The notes: generated by a model from the sequence alone, not told the origin. 64,000 nucleotides of DNA from Longimicrobiales bacterium (GCA_965226375.1 CBDDCX010000008.1:2112001-2176000); one strand, 5' to 3'. Shown: positions 20,251 to 30,452, numbered from the stretch's first letter. Translations and numbers: made by a program.

Positions 20251-22932
20251 GTGGATTGGATGTGGACGTGGATGACAAGGGTGAGGAATCTGATCTTTCG
20301 CCGCCGCTGGGATCGGGAGGCCGAGCAGGAGATGGCCTTCCACGTGGAGATGGACACCAAAGAGCGCATCCGACGCGGTGTGGACCCGGACGAAGCACGC
20401 CGCGCGGCGCTCGTCGCTTTCGGCGGCACGGAGCGATTCCGACAGCAGGCCCGGGAGGGCCGCTGGGGAAGCACCGTGGACACGCTGCTCCAGGACGTTC
20501 GTTACGCGGTCCGCGGTCTGATCAAGAATCCCGGATTCTCGCTCGCCGCGATCGTCACGCTGGCCCTCGGCATCGGCGCCAACACGGCCATGTTCAGCGT
20601 GGTGAACACGGTCCTTCTACAGCCCCTTCCCTACGCGGACGCAGATCAGGTCGTGCGCATCCAGAACAGTTGGGTGGGTTCTCCCCAGGGCGCCATTTCG
20701 CCGGCCGAGTTCCTGGACTTCGAGCAGCGCCTCGAGGGCTTCTCAGCCATGGGCGTGTACTCGTTCGGCGCGGTGGGCGTCACCGGCGACGGGGAGCCCA
20801 TCCGGGTGTCGGCGGCGTTCCTGTCGTCGGGCGTCTTCCCTGCTCTCGGATCCACGGCAGCCATGGGCCGGGTCTTCAACTACGACGAAGATTTCGCGGA
20901 CGCCTCCGTACTGATGATCAGCGACGGGTTCTGGAGAGACCGGTTCGCGGCCTCCAGAGACGTGATCGGACGCACACTCAACTGGAACGGACACGACTAC
21001 GAGATCATCGGAGTGATGCGCCCGGATTTCCGCATGCCTGAACTCCTCACGTCCACGTCGCCGGTCCAACTCTACGTTCCGGCCGGAATCACCCCGGCCA
21101 GCGTGATGAACCGCGGAAGCCACTATCTGTTCGGCGTGGCCCGGCGGGCAGACGGTGTGAGCCAAGAGCGGGGCGCACGCATGGTGCAGGAGTTGGCGGC
21201 CGCGATGGTGCGTGAGCACCCCGACGGGTATCCGCAGGACATGCGCTTCACCTCTACGGCCGTTCCGCTCGCTGAGGACGTGACGGGAGACGTCCGCCCA
21301 CTTCTCTGGATCCTCTTCGGATCCGTGGGCTTCGTGCTTCTGATCGTTGGAGCCAACGTCGCCAACCTTCTCATCGCGCGAGCCGACGGGAGAGCGCGGG
21401 AGTTTTCACTTCGCACGGCACTGGGAGCGGGCCGTGGTCGGATTACGGCGCAGTTGGCGGTCGAGAGCCTCGTCCTCGCCACGATCGGCGGCCTGCTCGG
21501 GATCGTTCTCGCCATGGTCTCGATGGATCTTCTGGCGTCCCTCGAGGCCACCAACCTGCCTCGCCTGGCCGAGGTCCACCTGGACCGGCGGGTACTGGGC
21601 TTCGGCATCACGGTATCTCTCGCCACGGGGCTCCTCTTCGGGCTTCTCCCAGGTCTTCAGGTCTCTCCATCACGCTTGGCCGAGTCCCTTCGCGAAGGAG
21701 GGCGTTCCGCAACCAGCTCGCGCCGGAGCCAGCGACTGCGTCAACTCCTGATCTCGGGCGAGATCGCCTTCGCCTTCATCCTACTCTCGGGAGCCGGCCT
21801 GCTCACTCGCAGTTTCGTGAAGCTCCTGAGCGTCGATCCCGGGTACCGGAGCGATCAGGTGCTCACCACACGGGTCACGCTTCCCTCCGGCCGATACGGG
21901 AGTGACGACGAGCGACGCTTGTTCTTCCGGGAGTTCGTGACCCGCCTAGCGGATGTCTCCGGCGTCGATGCCGCCGCCGGGGTCTCGAACCTCCCGCTCG
22001 CCAGTGGTAGACTGGGCGACCTCAACTTCAGGATCGAGAATCGCCCAATCCCCGAGGGTGCGGTCTCGCCCCGAGGAGACTGGCAGGTGATCACCGCCGG
22101 GTATTTCGATGTGATGGGAATGACGCTTCTCGAGGGCCGGGGGATCGAAGCGCAGGACGACGCGACGGCTCCCGGAGCCATCGTCGTCAGTGAGTCATTG
22201 GCGCAGCTCCACTGGCCCGACGGTGACGCCTTGGGCAAGCGGTTCACCCTGGGAGGTGAGGCCGGTCCGGGCATGGTCACCATCGTCGGCATCGTGCGCG
22301 ATGTTCGCCACAGCGGTCTGGACACATCTCCGACGCCCCAGATGTACCTGGCCCACGAGCAGTTCACCTTCTGGAACGGCGGAAGCACCATGGCGGGCCT
22401 CTCCATCGTGGTCCGGTCAGGCATACCGACCGCCGAGCTACGGACGGCAATCCAGGGCATCGCGCGCGCCATGGATCCGCAGCTTCCACTCTCGTCGTTC
22501 CGCACCATGGACGAAGTCCGGTCCGCCTCGGTGGCCCAGCCCCGCTTGCTCATGTTCCTGCTTGGCGGCTTCTCGGTTCTCGCACTGGTATTGTCTGCGG
22601 TGGGAACCTACGGAGTAATCGCGTATATGGCAGGCAGGCGCACCGCAGAGTTCGGCGTCCGCCTGGCGTTGGGTGCACGCCCAGCCCAGGTCTCGAGTCT
22701 GGTACTGCGTGAGGCGATCCGTCTCGGAGCCGCCGGGATCGGAGTGGGAATCGTGGCCACCGTGATCCTCACCCGGGTCCTGGAAGGCCTCCTGTACGGG
22801 GTGAGTGCCAGAGATCCGATGACGCTGGTTGCTGCGGCATCGATCCTGGGCGCGACTGGTCTCATGGCGGCTTACTTGCCGGCGGCGAGAGCCACGCGGG
22901 TGGATCCGGTGGTGTCGCTACGAGCCGACTGA
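20251..22932 (+). CDS. ADOP-type duplicated ABC permease with prefix domain
   Basis: GGAGG RBS with GTG start, prefix EMAFHVEM...EARRAALVAFGG, TLALGIGANTAMFS, and end RVDPVVSLRAD. Confidence 0.9.
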   Translation: MDWMWTWMTRVRNLIFRRRWDREAEQEMAFHVEMDTKERIRRGVDPDEARRAALVAFGGTERFRQQAREGRWGSTVDTLLQDVRYAVRGLIKNPGFSLAAIVTLALGIGANTAMFSVVNTVLLQPLPYADADQVVRIQNSWVGSPQGAISPAEFLDFEQRLEGFSAMGVYSFGAVGVTGDGEPIRVSAAFLSSGVFPALGSTAAMGRVFNYDEDFADASVLMISDGFWRDRFAASRDVIGRTLNWNGHDYEIIGVMRPDFRMPELLTSTSPVQLYVPAGITPASVMNRGSHYLFGVARRADGVSQERGARMVQELAAAMVREHPDGYPQDMRFTSTAVPLAEDVTGDVRPLLWILFGSVGFVLLIVGANVANLLIARADGRAREFSLRTALGAGRGRITAQLAVESLVLATIGGLLGIVLAMVSMDLLASLEATNLPRLAEVHLDRRVLGFGITVSLATGLLFGLLPGLQVSPSRLAESLREGGRSATSSRRSQRLRQLLISGEIAFAFILLSGAGLLTRSFVKLLSVDPGYRSDQVLTTRVTLPSGRYGSDDERRLFFREFVTRLADVSGVDAAAGVSNLPLASGRLGDLNFRIENRPIPEGAVSPRGDWQVITAGYFDVMGMTLLEGRGIEAQDDATAPGAIVVSESLAQLHWPDGDALGKRFTLGGEAGPGMVTIVGIVRDVRHSGLDTSPTPQMYLAHEQFTFWNGGSTMAGLSIVVRSGIPTAELRTAIQGIARAMDPQLPLSSFRTMDEVRSASVAQPRLLMFLLGGFSVLALVLSAVGTYGVIAYMAGRRTAEFGVRLALGARPAQVSSLVLREAIRLGAAGIGVGIVATVILTRVLEGLLYGVSARDPMTLVAAASILGATGLMAAYLPAARATRVDPVVSLRAD

Positions 22933-22972
22933 GGGAGTTGGCGCACCGAGTGGCGTAGCCTATCCTGACGTC

Positions 22973-23662
22973 ATGAAGAACCTCACCGCCTACCGACTCC
23001 GACCCGCACGCGTCGCCGTCACACTTAGCGTCATCGCCGCGGTGCTCGCCATTATCCACGTCGTCGCGATGCAGATCATCTTCAATGACGAGTGGGCCTT
23101 GAGCGAGAAATGGGGCGTGCAGTACTGGCACCTCTCGATCTTCGATCTGGATGAAGAGGCGAGCTTCGGTACCTGGTTCAGCGCGGTGATCCTGCTGATC
23201 GCTGGACGTCTTCTCTTAGTCCAGGCGAGACGCCTCCGAGCAGATGCCGATGCCTGGCACGTGTGGTGGCTGACGTTGGGCATCGGGTTTCACGTCCTGT
23301 CGATCGACGAGGTCGTGGGTACACACGAGCTGTTGAACACCGTCATGGAGGACAAGCCATGGACGGTCGTAGGCTTCTGGATCGTCGCGGTCGTGGGTCT
23401 CGCTTATCTCCCCTTCCTGTGGCGATACCGATGGCGGGCGGCGGGCCTGTTTCTCCTGGCTGGGGCCCTCTATGCAGGAGGAGCGGTCGGGGTTGAGCAC
23501 TGGACCGGCGCCGAGGTGAACTCCCTCCACTACAACATGTGGACCACGCTGGAAGAGGGAATGGAGATGGCAGGCGTGATCGTGTTCATTTACGCGCTGC
23601 TTGATTTCATCCCGGCCAAAGGTGACGGAGGCCTCCGCCTCGACTTGACGTCCGAAGCCTAG
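22973..23662 (+). CDS. Multi-pass membrane protein of unknown function
   Basis: Several TM helices with FDLDEEASFGTWFS, LSIDE...HE and EEGMEMAGV motifs. Confidence 0.7.
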   Translation: MKNLTAYRLRPARVAVTLSVIAAVLAIIHVVAMQIIFNDEWALSEKWGVQYWHLSIFDLDEEASFGTWFSAVILLIAGRLLLVQARRLRADADAWHVWWLTLGIGFHVLSIDEVVGTHELLNTVMEDKPWTVVGFWIVAVVGLAYLPFLWRYRWRAAGLFLLAGALYAGGAVGVEHWTGAEVNSLHYNMWTTLEEGMEMAGVIVFIYALLDFIPAKGDGGLRLDLTSEA

Positions 23663-23755
23663 TCACTCCGCGCCGCGACTATCGGGTCGACCCTGCTCGC
23701 CCGACGGCCGGGCAGGTATGACCCCACCACGGCGATGACCGTCGACACCACCGAG

Positions 23756-24766
23756 TCATAGCTCCAGCTCCCAGGTCTCTTCCACCATGTCCACGCCGAA
23801 ACTCGAGTGGGACGCCTGCTGCACCAAGACGAAGCCGAGATCGGTGTAGATGCGTCGGGCAGCGCTCAACACGTCGTAGGTCCATAGAGTCATCCGGCGA
23901 TACCCGGATTGACGGGCGAAGTCCACGCACTCCTCGGCGAGCCGTCGGCCGATGCCCAACCCCCGGGCCTCGGGTCCCACCAGAAGCATGCGCAGCCGGG
24001 CCACCTCTTCGGACTCCTTGATACAGAAGACCGAGCCCACGTTCTCTCCGTCCTTCTCCGCAATCCAGCACTGCTCCCGTTCGGGGTCCAGATTCTGGAC
24101 AAACCGTGCAACGACATCGGCCGTCACTCCCTCGAACCATTGGTTCCAGCCGAACTCGTCCACATAGAGGATGCCGTGCTGACGGATCACCCATCCCATG
24201 TCTCCTGGGCGAGGCGGGCGGATCCGATACGCGGGTACGTCAGTGGCGCCCCCGGCATGGCCTGCGTGCACAGCATCACCGGCGTCCCCACCATCCACTA
24301 CATCCGCGGTGCCCCCGGCCTCCCTGACGCCGCCACCGAGGAGAATCTCGATGGTGTCCATCGCACTCATGAGACGCTCCTGGTCCTGGCCTGAAAGGGT
24401 GGCGAGGACGTCGGTCACCGCAGCACCGGCCAATTCATCCAACTCTGCTCGGGCTTCCCTCCCCCGTGAGGTGAGTGTCAGAAGGGTACGACGACGGTCC
24501 TCTTCGGAGGGTGTCTTCTCGACCAGTCCGTCGCCATGGAGGCGGGCTAGAATCCGACTCATATAACCTGCCGCGACACCGAGTTGCTTCCCGACGGCCG
24601 TCGCCGAGGTCGGCTCCCGGAGCCCCAACTCCAGGATCACTCGGGCTTCCGTCTCCGAGAATCGGCCGCCCATCGTGCCTTCCTCCAACGCCCGCATGCG
24701 AGATCCATAGAATCGATGGAACCGTCGCACAGCATCGATGGTCTGGGTCAGGTCGGCCTCAGCCAT
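23756..24766 (-). CDS. Bifunctional MarR-HTH / GNAT acetyltransferase
   Basis: N-terminal VRRFHRFY...DRRRTLLTLT. C-terminal PGDMGWVI, ARLRMLLV, ARGLGIGRRL, LWT. Confidence 0.88.
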   Translation of the reverse strand: MAEADLTQTIDAVRRFHRFYGSRMRALEEGTMGGRFSETEARVILELGLREPTSATAVGKQLGVAAGYMSRILARLHGDGLVEKTPSEEDRRRTLLTLTSRGREARAELDELAGAAVTDVLATLSGQDQERLMSAMDTIEILLGGGVREAGGTADVVDGGDAGDAVHAGHAGGATDVPAYRIRPPRPGDMGWVIRQHGILYVDEFGWNQWFEGVTADVVARFVQNLDPEREQCWIAEKDGENVGSVFCIKESEEVARLRMLLVGPEARGLGIGRRLAEECVDFARQSGYRRMTLWTYDVLSAARRIYTDLGFVLVQQASHSSFGVDMVEETWELEL

Positions 24767-24819
24767 GTTCGAACTCCGGAGATCTCTAGGGCCTAGGTCA
24801 CTCCGGGGATGATAGGAAG

Positions 24820-24840
24820 ATAGTTGCCTCAGTCAACTAT
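24820..24840. promoter_or_regulatory. Putative MarR operator
   Basis: ATAGTTG-N7-CAACTAT palindrome about 55 nt upstream of the MarR-GNAT start, with another CAACTAT half-site nearby. Confidence 0.6.
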
Positions 24841-25071
24841 TTGCTTGTGTTTGGCAACTATTCACCGGTCCCAGACCTCCGCCTTCGAAGTTTTCCACAT
24901 TTTTGGCGCACAGGTCTGTGACTGCGCACAAAATATCCCGCACGGTACACAAGGTTCTCCTTGGGGCCGCACCATCGCAAATCGCGCGAATTAACTGCAA
25001 TATGCGATGGTAATCGTAACCATATGTCGTACAACCTCTTACGACATCAGGGTCGCTTCCACGGTCGGTTC

Positions 25072-25087
25072 GGGCACGCCGGTTGCA
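25072..25087 (+). promoter_or_regulatory. Sigma-54 (-24/-12) promoter candidate
   Basis: GGGCACG-CCGG-TTGCA matches TGGCACG-N4-TTGCW at all but the first base. Upstream inverted repeats lie at 24971-25011 and 25024-25047. Confidence 0.55.
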
Positions 25088-25144
25088 CACCGTCCCGTCT
25101 CGTGGCATCGCGATTCAGTGCGCCGATTCAGGCCGTTCTGTGAG

Positions 25145-25869
25145 GTGCCCACAGTACTCCAATCCCATGGGAACGACAAAGGCGGCGGCAACGGGAACGA
25201 CAAAGGCGGCGGCAATGGGAACGACAAAGGCGGCGGCAACGGAAACGACAAGGGCGGCGGCAACGGGAACGACAAAGGCGGCGGCAACGGGAACGACAAA
25301 GGCGGCGGCAACGGGAACGACAAGGGCGGCGGCAACGGCAACGACAAAGGTGGTGGCAACGGCAACGACAAGGGCAAGGGTGGCGGAAACGGTAAAGGCG
25401 GCGGCAACGGCGATAAGGGGACCGGGGGCGGCGCTCCTGGTTCTGGAAAGGGAGGAGCCGCGTACCGTCTGAACATCTGCAGTTGCAACACGTCCGTCAT
25501 CGACCTCGAGACCGAGTACCTCATCGAGCCCGGCAACATGGTCGGCCCCACCCATCAGGGTGTGGAGTCCCTGATCGCCCAGGATCCGGAAGCCTACTGG
25601 GACGAGCGAGAAAACCGGGTGGTAAGCGACTTCGGAGAGGACAGCCCAAGGGTCATCACGGTAGCCCTATTCGATCCCTCCGAAATCCGGACGGGGGTCG
25701 ACAGTCCATACAGTTCAACAACTTCGCTCGCTTCTTCATCGAGAGGCAGGCCTCGCCGCAGGACCCGGTGGTCGGCCGCTTCCTCTTCTACGTCAAAGGA
25801 GCTGGCTCAAATTCCCGCGGCGGGACCCGTACCGGGTCACTAATCAAGCAACTGAGGCTCATTCGATGA
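25145..25869 (+). pseudogene. C-terminal part of a TadG/Tad-domain-like protein with a Gly/Asn repeat, frameshift at the G run ~25693-25697
   Basis: IEPGNMVGPTHQGV...SPRVITVALFDP, then in another frame IQFNNFARFFIE...LRLIR*. The stop overlaps the cpaE-like start. No clear N-terminus. Confidence 0.5.
25169..25420 (+). repeat. 24-bp coding tandem repeat (GNDKGGGN)x8 plus degenerate copies
   Basis: Unit GGGAACGACAAAGGCGGCGGCAAC. Variation is confined to synonymous third positions of the GNDKGGGN frame. Confidence 0.95.
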
Positions 25870-27167
25870 CAGGGCATGAGCAAGCGACAGAAATGACCAT
25901 TCGGCGTGACGGGAAGCCGGAGCCTGTGAGGGCTGCATTGATTTCTGGCGACCAGAGCTTCCGGGCAGCGGTAAACGAGATCGTCGCCGCCACGGAGGGT
26001 CGGGTCGAGATAGGGCTCGAGACCAGTGCCGCCCCCGACACACTCCTTCGTGATCCGGACACGCCTCTCATTGACTACGATCCACACCTTCTGTTCCTGG
26101 AGTTGGGACCGGAGCCGGAGGATGGCCTTCGCTTGGCGGGGGTTCTTTCGAGAGCTCACCCGCACATGGGAATCTTGCTGAGTGGACCGGAGCTGTCTCA
26201 GGGGCAACTCCTCGAGGCGATGCGCGCCGGCGTATCTGAGGTTGTGGACCGAACGGCGGAGGGCACCGAGCTGGCCGAGTCTCTGGACCGGATGATGAGA
26301 AGGCTGGGATGGGTCGAGGAGCACGGAGCAGGCTCCACCGACGGGCGGATTCTGACCTTTTTCAGTCCCAAGGGCGGAACGGGCTGCACCACCGTCGCTA
26401 CGAACGTCGGGGTCGAACTGCACCGCGTCACGGGAAAGAAGACTCTCTTGGTCGACCTTGATCTGGAGCTGGGAGAGATCGCCTCCTTCATGGGGGTGAA
26501 GCCCAAGTTCCACCTGGTAGACCTTCTGAAGAACTTCCACCGGATGGATGACGACCTTCTGCTCTCCTATATCGAGCGTCACGAATCCGGTGTGCACGTC
26601 CTCTCGGCACCCTTCGAGCCGGAAGTGGGTCAGGCGGTCACTGCGGAGGATATCTCGGCCATCCTGACCTACCTCCGGAAGCGATACGACTACGTGATCG
26701 TGGACACGTCGAAGTCGATAGCGCCCCCCGCCTTGGCGGCCCTTCGTCCCGCAGACGAGATCTTCCTCATCACCAACCTGGACCTCTGCTCCCTCCGGAA
26801 CTTCCAGCGGACGCTCCCCATCCTGAGAGACATCGTGGGATCTGAGGGCCAGCGTCTTCGTGTGATCGTAAACCGTTATGTGAAGAACGGGCTCCTCTCT
26901 CTGAAGGACCTCGAGTCGACCGTAGGTCTCCCGGTGCATCAGACCCTTTCCAACGACTACCAATCGGTCATCGAGTCCCTCACCACGGGTAAGCTCTTGG
27001 TCCTGAACAGCAGCTGTCAGTACGCCCGGGAACTGAAGGAACTCGCGGCGCGCATCGCCGGGAAGAGAGAAAAGGCGGGTGTAGGATCGCAGCCCATGTT
27101 GAAGCGGCTTCTCGGAGGTGCGGGCCGGTCCGTGGCCAAATCACGGGAGGCGTTGAGCCATGTCTAA
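25866..27167 (+). CDS. cpaE: CpaE/TadZ pilus assembly protein (receiver-like + MinD/ParA domain)
   Basis: EAMRAGVSE, deviant Walker A FSPKGGTGCTT, LLVDLDL, YDYVIVDT. Directly upstream of cpaF. Confidence 0.85.
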   Translation: MTGHEQATEMTIRRDGKPEPVRAALISGDQSFRAAVNEIVAATEGRVEIGLETSAAPDTLLRDPDTPLIDYDPHLLFLELGPEPEDGLRLAGVLSRAHPHMGILLSGPELSQGQLLEAMRAGVSEVVDRTAEGTELAESLDRMMRRLGWVEEHGAGSTDGRILTFFSPKGGTGCTTVATNVGVELHRVTGKKTLLVDLDLELGEIASFMGVKPKFHLVDLLKNFHRMDDDLLLSYIERHESGVHVLSAPFEPEVGQAVTAEDISAILTYLRKRYDYVIVDTSKSIAPPALAALRPADEIFLITNLDLCSLRNFQRTLPILRDIVGSEGQRLRVIVNRYVKNGLLSLKDLESTVGLPVHQTLSNDYQSVIESLTTGKLLVLNSSCQYARELKELAARIAGKREKAGVGSQPMLKRLLGGAGRSVAKSREALSHV

Positions 27168-28557
27168 TTGGCAAGTGAAAGTGCCCCTGCACGATCAGGG
27201 CACACCCGGGAACGGTGGAGCCTCGCTGGCCACGCAGTCGAACGGCCAGGCCGCGTCCGAGGCGGAGGTCGCTGCCACAACGACGGATCTCCACCAGTTG
27301 AGAGCGAACATACATCGTCAACTCCTGGAGCGGTTGAACCTCTCGAATCTGGACAAGATGGATCGCGTGGAAGTGAACAGGGTCATCGCCGACGTGGTCC
27401 GAGACCTACTAGAGGAAGAAGGGATCCCACTGAACGTGGAGGAGAGGGACAACCTCACTTCTCAGGTTCTGGATGAGATCTTCGGCCTCGGACCCCTCCA
27501 GCCCCTCATGGAGGACCCCACCATATCCGACATCCTGGTGGACACGCATGCCCGTGTCCTCGTGGAGCGCGACGGGAAGCTCTTCGACACTGATGTCCGG
27601 TTTCAGGATGATCGACACCTGCTGAAGGTCATCGACCGAATCGTTTCGGGGGTAGGCCGTCGTATCGACGATTCTTCGCCCATGGTGGACGCCCGGCTCA
27701 TGGACGGATCCCGCATCAACGCCGTGATCCCTCCCTTGGCCGTGGACGGTCCGCACCTGTCCATCCGGAAGTTCAAGACCGACGTCTTTTCGGCTGCGGA
27801 CCTGGTCCGCATGGGGACCTTGACCGAGCCCCTCGTCGAGCTGTTGGAGGGTGTCGTGAAGGCCCGTTTGAACGTTCTCATCTCCGGCGGAACGGGCGCC
27901 GGGAAGACCACCTTCTTGAATGTTCTCTCCTCGTTCATTCCGCCTACCGAACGGATCGTTACGGTGGAAGACTCGGCGGAACTCCAGCTTCGGCAACCGC
28001 GGGTCGTTCGTCTGGAAACCCGGCCGGCGAATTTGGAGGGACAGGGCGCGGTGGACCAGCGTGCGCTGGTGATCAACGCCCTGAGGATGCGTCCAGACCG
28101 AATCGTGGTGGGGGAGGTCCGAAGCTCTGAGGCCATCGACATGCTCCAGGCGATGAACACCGGACATGACGGCTCTCTGACCACGCTCCACTCGAACGCT
28201 CCACGAGATGCCCTGAACAGGCTGGAGACGATGGTGGCCATGGCCAAGCTGAGTCTTCCGGCGAAGGCCGTGCGCCAACAGATCGCGAGCGCCATCCACG
28301 TGGTCGTCCAGTTGGCCCGGTTCTCTGACGGGAAGCGGCGGCTCACCTACCTCTCGGAAATCGTGGGGATGGAGGGAGACGTCATCACCATGCAGGATAT
28401 CTTCCGGTTCGAGCAGGTCGGTGTGGACGCGTCCGGCCAAGTGCTGGGTCAACTCCTCCCCACGGGAATCCGACCGAAGTTCGGGGACCGGCTCCGGGCC
28501 AACGGCATGAACCTCCCGGCCAGCATGTTCACCGACGTACGCCCGGCCTCGGTCTAG
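27160..28557 (+). CDS. cpaF: CpaF/TadA pilus assembly ATPase
   Basis: PMVDARLMDGSRIN, GGTGAGKTT, ALRMRPDRIVVGEVR, AMNTGHDGSLTTLH. Confidence 0.95.
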   Translation: MSNWQVKVPLHDQGTPGNGGASLATQSNGQAASEAEVAATTTDLHQLRANIHRQLLERLNLSNLDKMDRVEVNRVIADVVRDLLEEEGIPLNVEERDNLTSQVLDEIFGLGPLQPLMEDPTISDILVDTHARVLVERDGKLFDTDVRFQDDRHLLKVIDRIVSGVGRRIDDSSPMVDARLMDGSRINAVIPPLAVDGPHLSIRKFKTDVFSAADLVRMGTLTEPLVELLEGVVKARLNVLISGGTGAGKTTFLNVLSSFIPPTERIVTVEDSAELQLRQPRVVRLETRPANLEGQGAVDQRALVINALRMRPDRIVVGEVRSSEAIDMLQAMNTGHDGSLTTLHSNAPRDALNRLETMVAMAKLSLPAKAVRQQIASAIHVVVQLARFSDGKRRLTYLSEIVGMEGDVITMQDIFRFEQVGVDASGQVLGQLLPTGIRPKFGDRLRANGMNLPASMFTDVRPASV

Positions 28558-28566
28558 TTCCTCGTC

Positions 28567-29541
28567 ATGGTCCAAGACCCGCGACTCGTCGTCGTCTTCG
28601 CTGCCCTGGCGGCCATGTTGGCGATTCTCTCCTGCGCGGCCGGCGTGGGGGTCTTCAGGGACTGGCGTCGGCGGCGTTCTGTACGGGATGCCCTCTCGGA
28701 GCTCGAGTCCATTCGGGTCGACACCGCATCCGGTACTGCCGTTCTGCAATCGGAGGGAGGGGACTCGGCCCTCCACCGCCTCGTGGCCCGCGTGCCGTGG
28801 GCGGGAGAGCTCGAGGATCTGCTTGTCAGGTCAGGTCTTCACTGGTCTGTGGAAAGATTGCTGCTACTGACTGGGCTCTGGGCGATCCTGCTCGGCATGC
28901 CCGTCTGGTTTGCCACCAAGATCGCCTGGGTGGCTCTGGTGGCACTGGTCGTCGGCGCTTGGCTACCGAAACTCTACGTGAACTTCAAGGCGATGCGCCG
29001 TATTCGGGCGCTCGAGGCTCAGCTTCCGGGGGCCATTGATCACCTCACACGAGCCGTCCGGGCGGGGCACCCCTTGTCGGCGGGATTCAAGATGCTCGCG
29101 GAGGAGTCGGAGGAACCCTTGGTCAGTGAGTTCAGGGCCGTGTTCGAGGAGCAAAGATTCGGCCTGCCCTTCGAAGAGGCACTGATGGGCTTCGCAGACC
29201 GGGTGGATCTCACCGACGTGAGAATTCTGATCACCGCCATTCTGGTCCAGCGGGAAGTGGGCGGCAACCTGGCGGAGATCCTCGAAAAGGTGGCCGACAC
29301 CATGCGGGTCAGATTCTCCGTCCGGAGGCAGGTGAGGGTCTACACGGTGCAGGGGCGCATGAGCGGGTACATCCTCGCCGCCCTCCCGATGGTCGTGGGT
29401 CTCTTCATCTTCCTGATCAATCGCGAGTACATGGGGCTGCTCTTCACCCACCCTACAGGGGAGGCACTACTGACTCTGGCCGCCACCCTGCAGTTGGTCG
29501 GGTTCTTGTGGATTCGGAAAATCGTAAACGTCGAGTACTAG
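28567..29541 (+). CDS. tadB: TadB pilus platform protein (T2SSF domain)
   Basis: QLPGAIDHLTRAVRAGH, QREVGGNLAEIL, QGRMSGYIL. Confidence 0.9.
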   Translation: MVQDPRLVVVFAALAAMLAILSCAAGVGVFRDWRRRRSVRDALSELESIRVDTASGTAVLQSEGGDSALHRLVARVPWAGELEDLLVRSGLHWSVERLLLLTGLWAILLGMPVWFATKIAWVALVALVVGAWLPKLYVNFKAMRRIRALEAQLPGAIDHLTRAVRAGHPLSAGFKMLAEESEEPLVSEFRAVFEEQRFGLPFEEALMGFADRVDLTDVRILITAILVQREVGGNLAEILEKVADTMRVRFSVRRQVRVYTVQGRMSGYILAALPMVVGLFIFLINREYMGLLFTHPTGEALLTLAATLQLVGFLWIRKIVNVEY

Positions 29542-29552
29542 AGGAGTCTTGC

Positions 29553-30452
29553 GTGCCTTTACTCGTCAGCATCCTGGCTGGTCTCTCCGTCACCCTGGTC
29601 ATGACCGGCGCCTCACAACTCGTATTCGGGCCGGCTCGGAGCGTGAGACGAGAGGTGGCCAGACTGCAGCGGACCGGTCCCGACCCCTTCGGCGTCCGGG
29701 CGAGGAGAGGAAGACGGGAGCGACGGCTCCGTCTGCGGAAGGCCTTCCGAGACCTCGGAGAGCGGATCGAGGACCGACAAGTGGAGATGGAGGGTGTCCG
29801 GCTGCGACTGATCCAGGCTGGGTACTGGGACTCCGACGCGGTCCGTTACTACTTGGCAGCCCGTGTGGTCCTGCCGGCCGGTTTGGTCGGCACAACCCTT
29901 CTGGTCGGAGGCATCCTGGGGGTGCGGATCGGCTCTCTGGGTTGGATCGCCCCTCAGTGGTACATCACGCGGCGGAGATCCCGGCGGTGGCGTGAGGTAC
30001 ACCTCGCTCTTCCAGACGCCCTGGACCTTCTGGTGGCCTGCGTGGAAGCGGGCATGGGTCTGAATCAGGCATTGAGCCGAGTCGCGGAAGAGGTCCGGCG
30101 TATCAGCTCCGTGATGAGCGAGGAACTGGTCATGGTGAACCTGGAGATTCGGGCCGGCACGCCTCGAGCGCAGGCGCTCACGAACCTGGGGATCAGGAGT
30201 GACCTGGTTGACCTCAAGGCCCTGGTGAGCATGCTCGCCCAGTCCGACCGGTTCGGTACGTCCATCGCTCAGTCCCTGCGTGTGCACGTGGATTCCTTGC
30301 GAACCAAGCGACGGCAGGCGGCGGCGGAAGCGGCAGCAAAGACCACCATCAAGCTGGTGTTCCCTTTGGTCTTCTGCATCTTCCCGGCCCTCTTCGTTGT
30401 CATTCTCACACCGGCGGTCATTCAGGTCGTCGAGCAGTTGTTGGCGCTGTGA
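29553..30452 (+). CDS. tadC: TadC pilus platform protein
   Basis: GAGGAG RBS with GTG start, LPDALDLLVACVEAGMGL, QSDRFGTSIAQSLR, KLVFPLVFCIFP. Confidence 0.9.
   Translation: MPLLVSILAGLSVTLVMTGASQLVFGPARSVRREVARLQRTGPDPFGVRARRGRRERRLRLRKAFRDLGERIEDRQVEMEGVRLRLIQAGYWDSDAVRYYLAARVVLPAGLVGTTLLVGGILGVRIGSLGWIAPQWYITRRRSRRWREVHLALPDALDLLVACVEAGMGLNQALSRVAEEVRRISSVMSEELVMVNLEIRAGTPRAQALTNLGIRSDLVDLKALVSMLAQSDRFGTSIAQSLRVHVDSLRTKRRQAAAEAAAKTTIKLVFPLVFCIFPALFVVILTPAVIQVVEQLLAL

Noticed and set aside
25169..25420. Possible CRISPR array
   Set aside because: Units are contiguous with no unique spacers, vary only at synonymous positions, and no cas genes are present.
25788..28776. Long antisense ORFs (e.g. 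25788-26963, 27409-28776, and similar ones elsewhere)
   Set aside because: They are shadow frames of well-supported high-GC genes and show no recognisable motifs.
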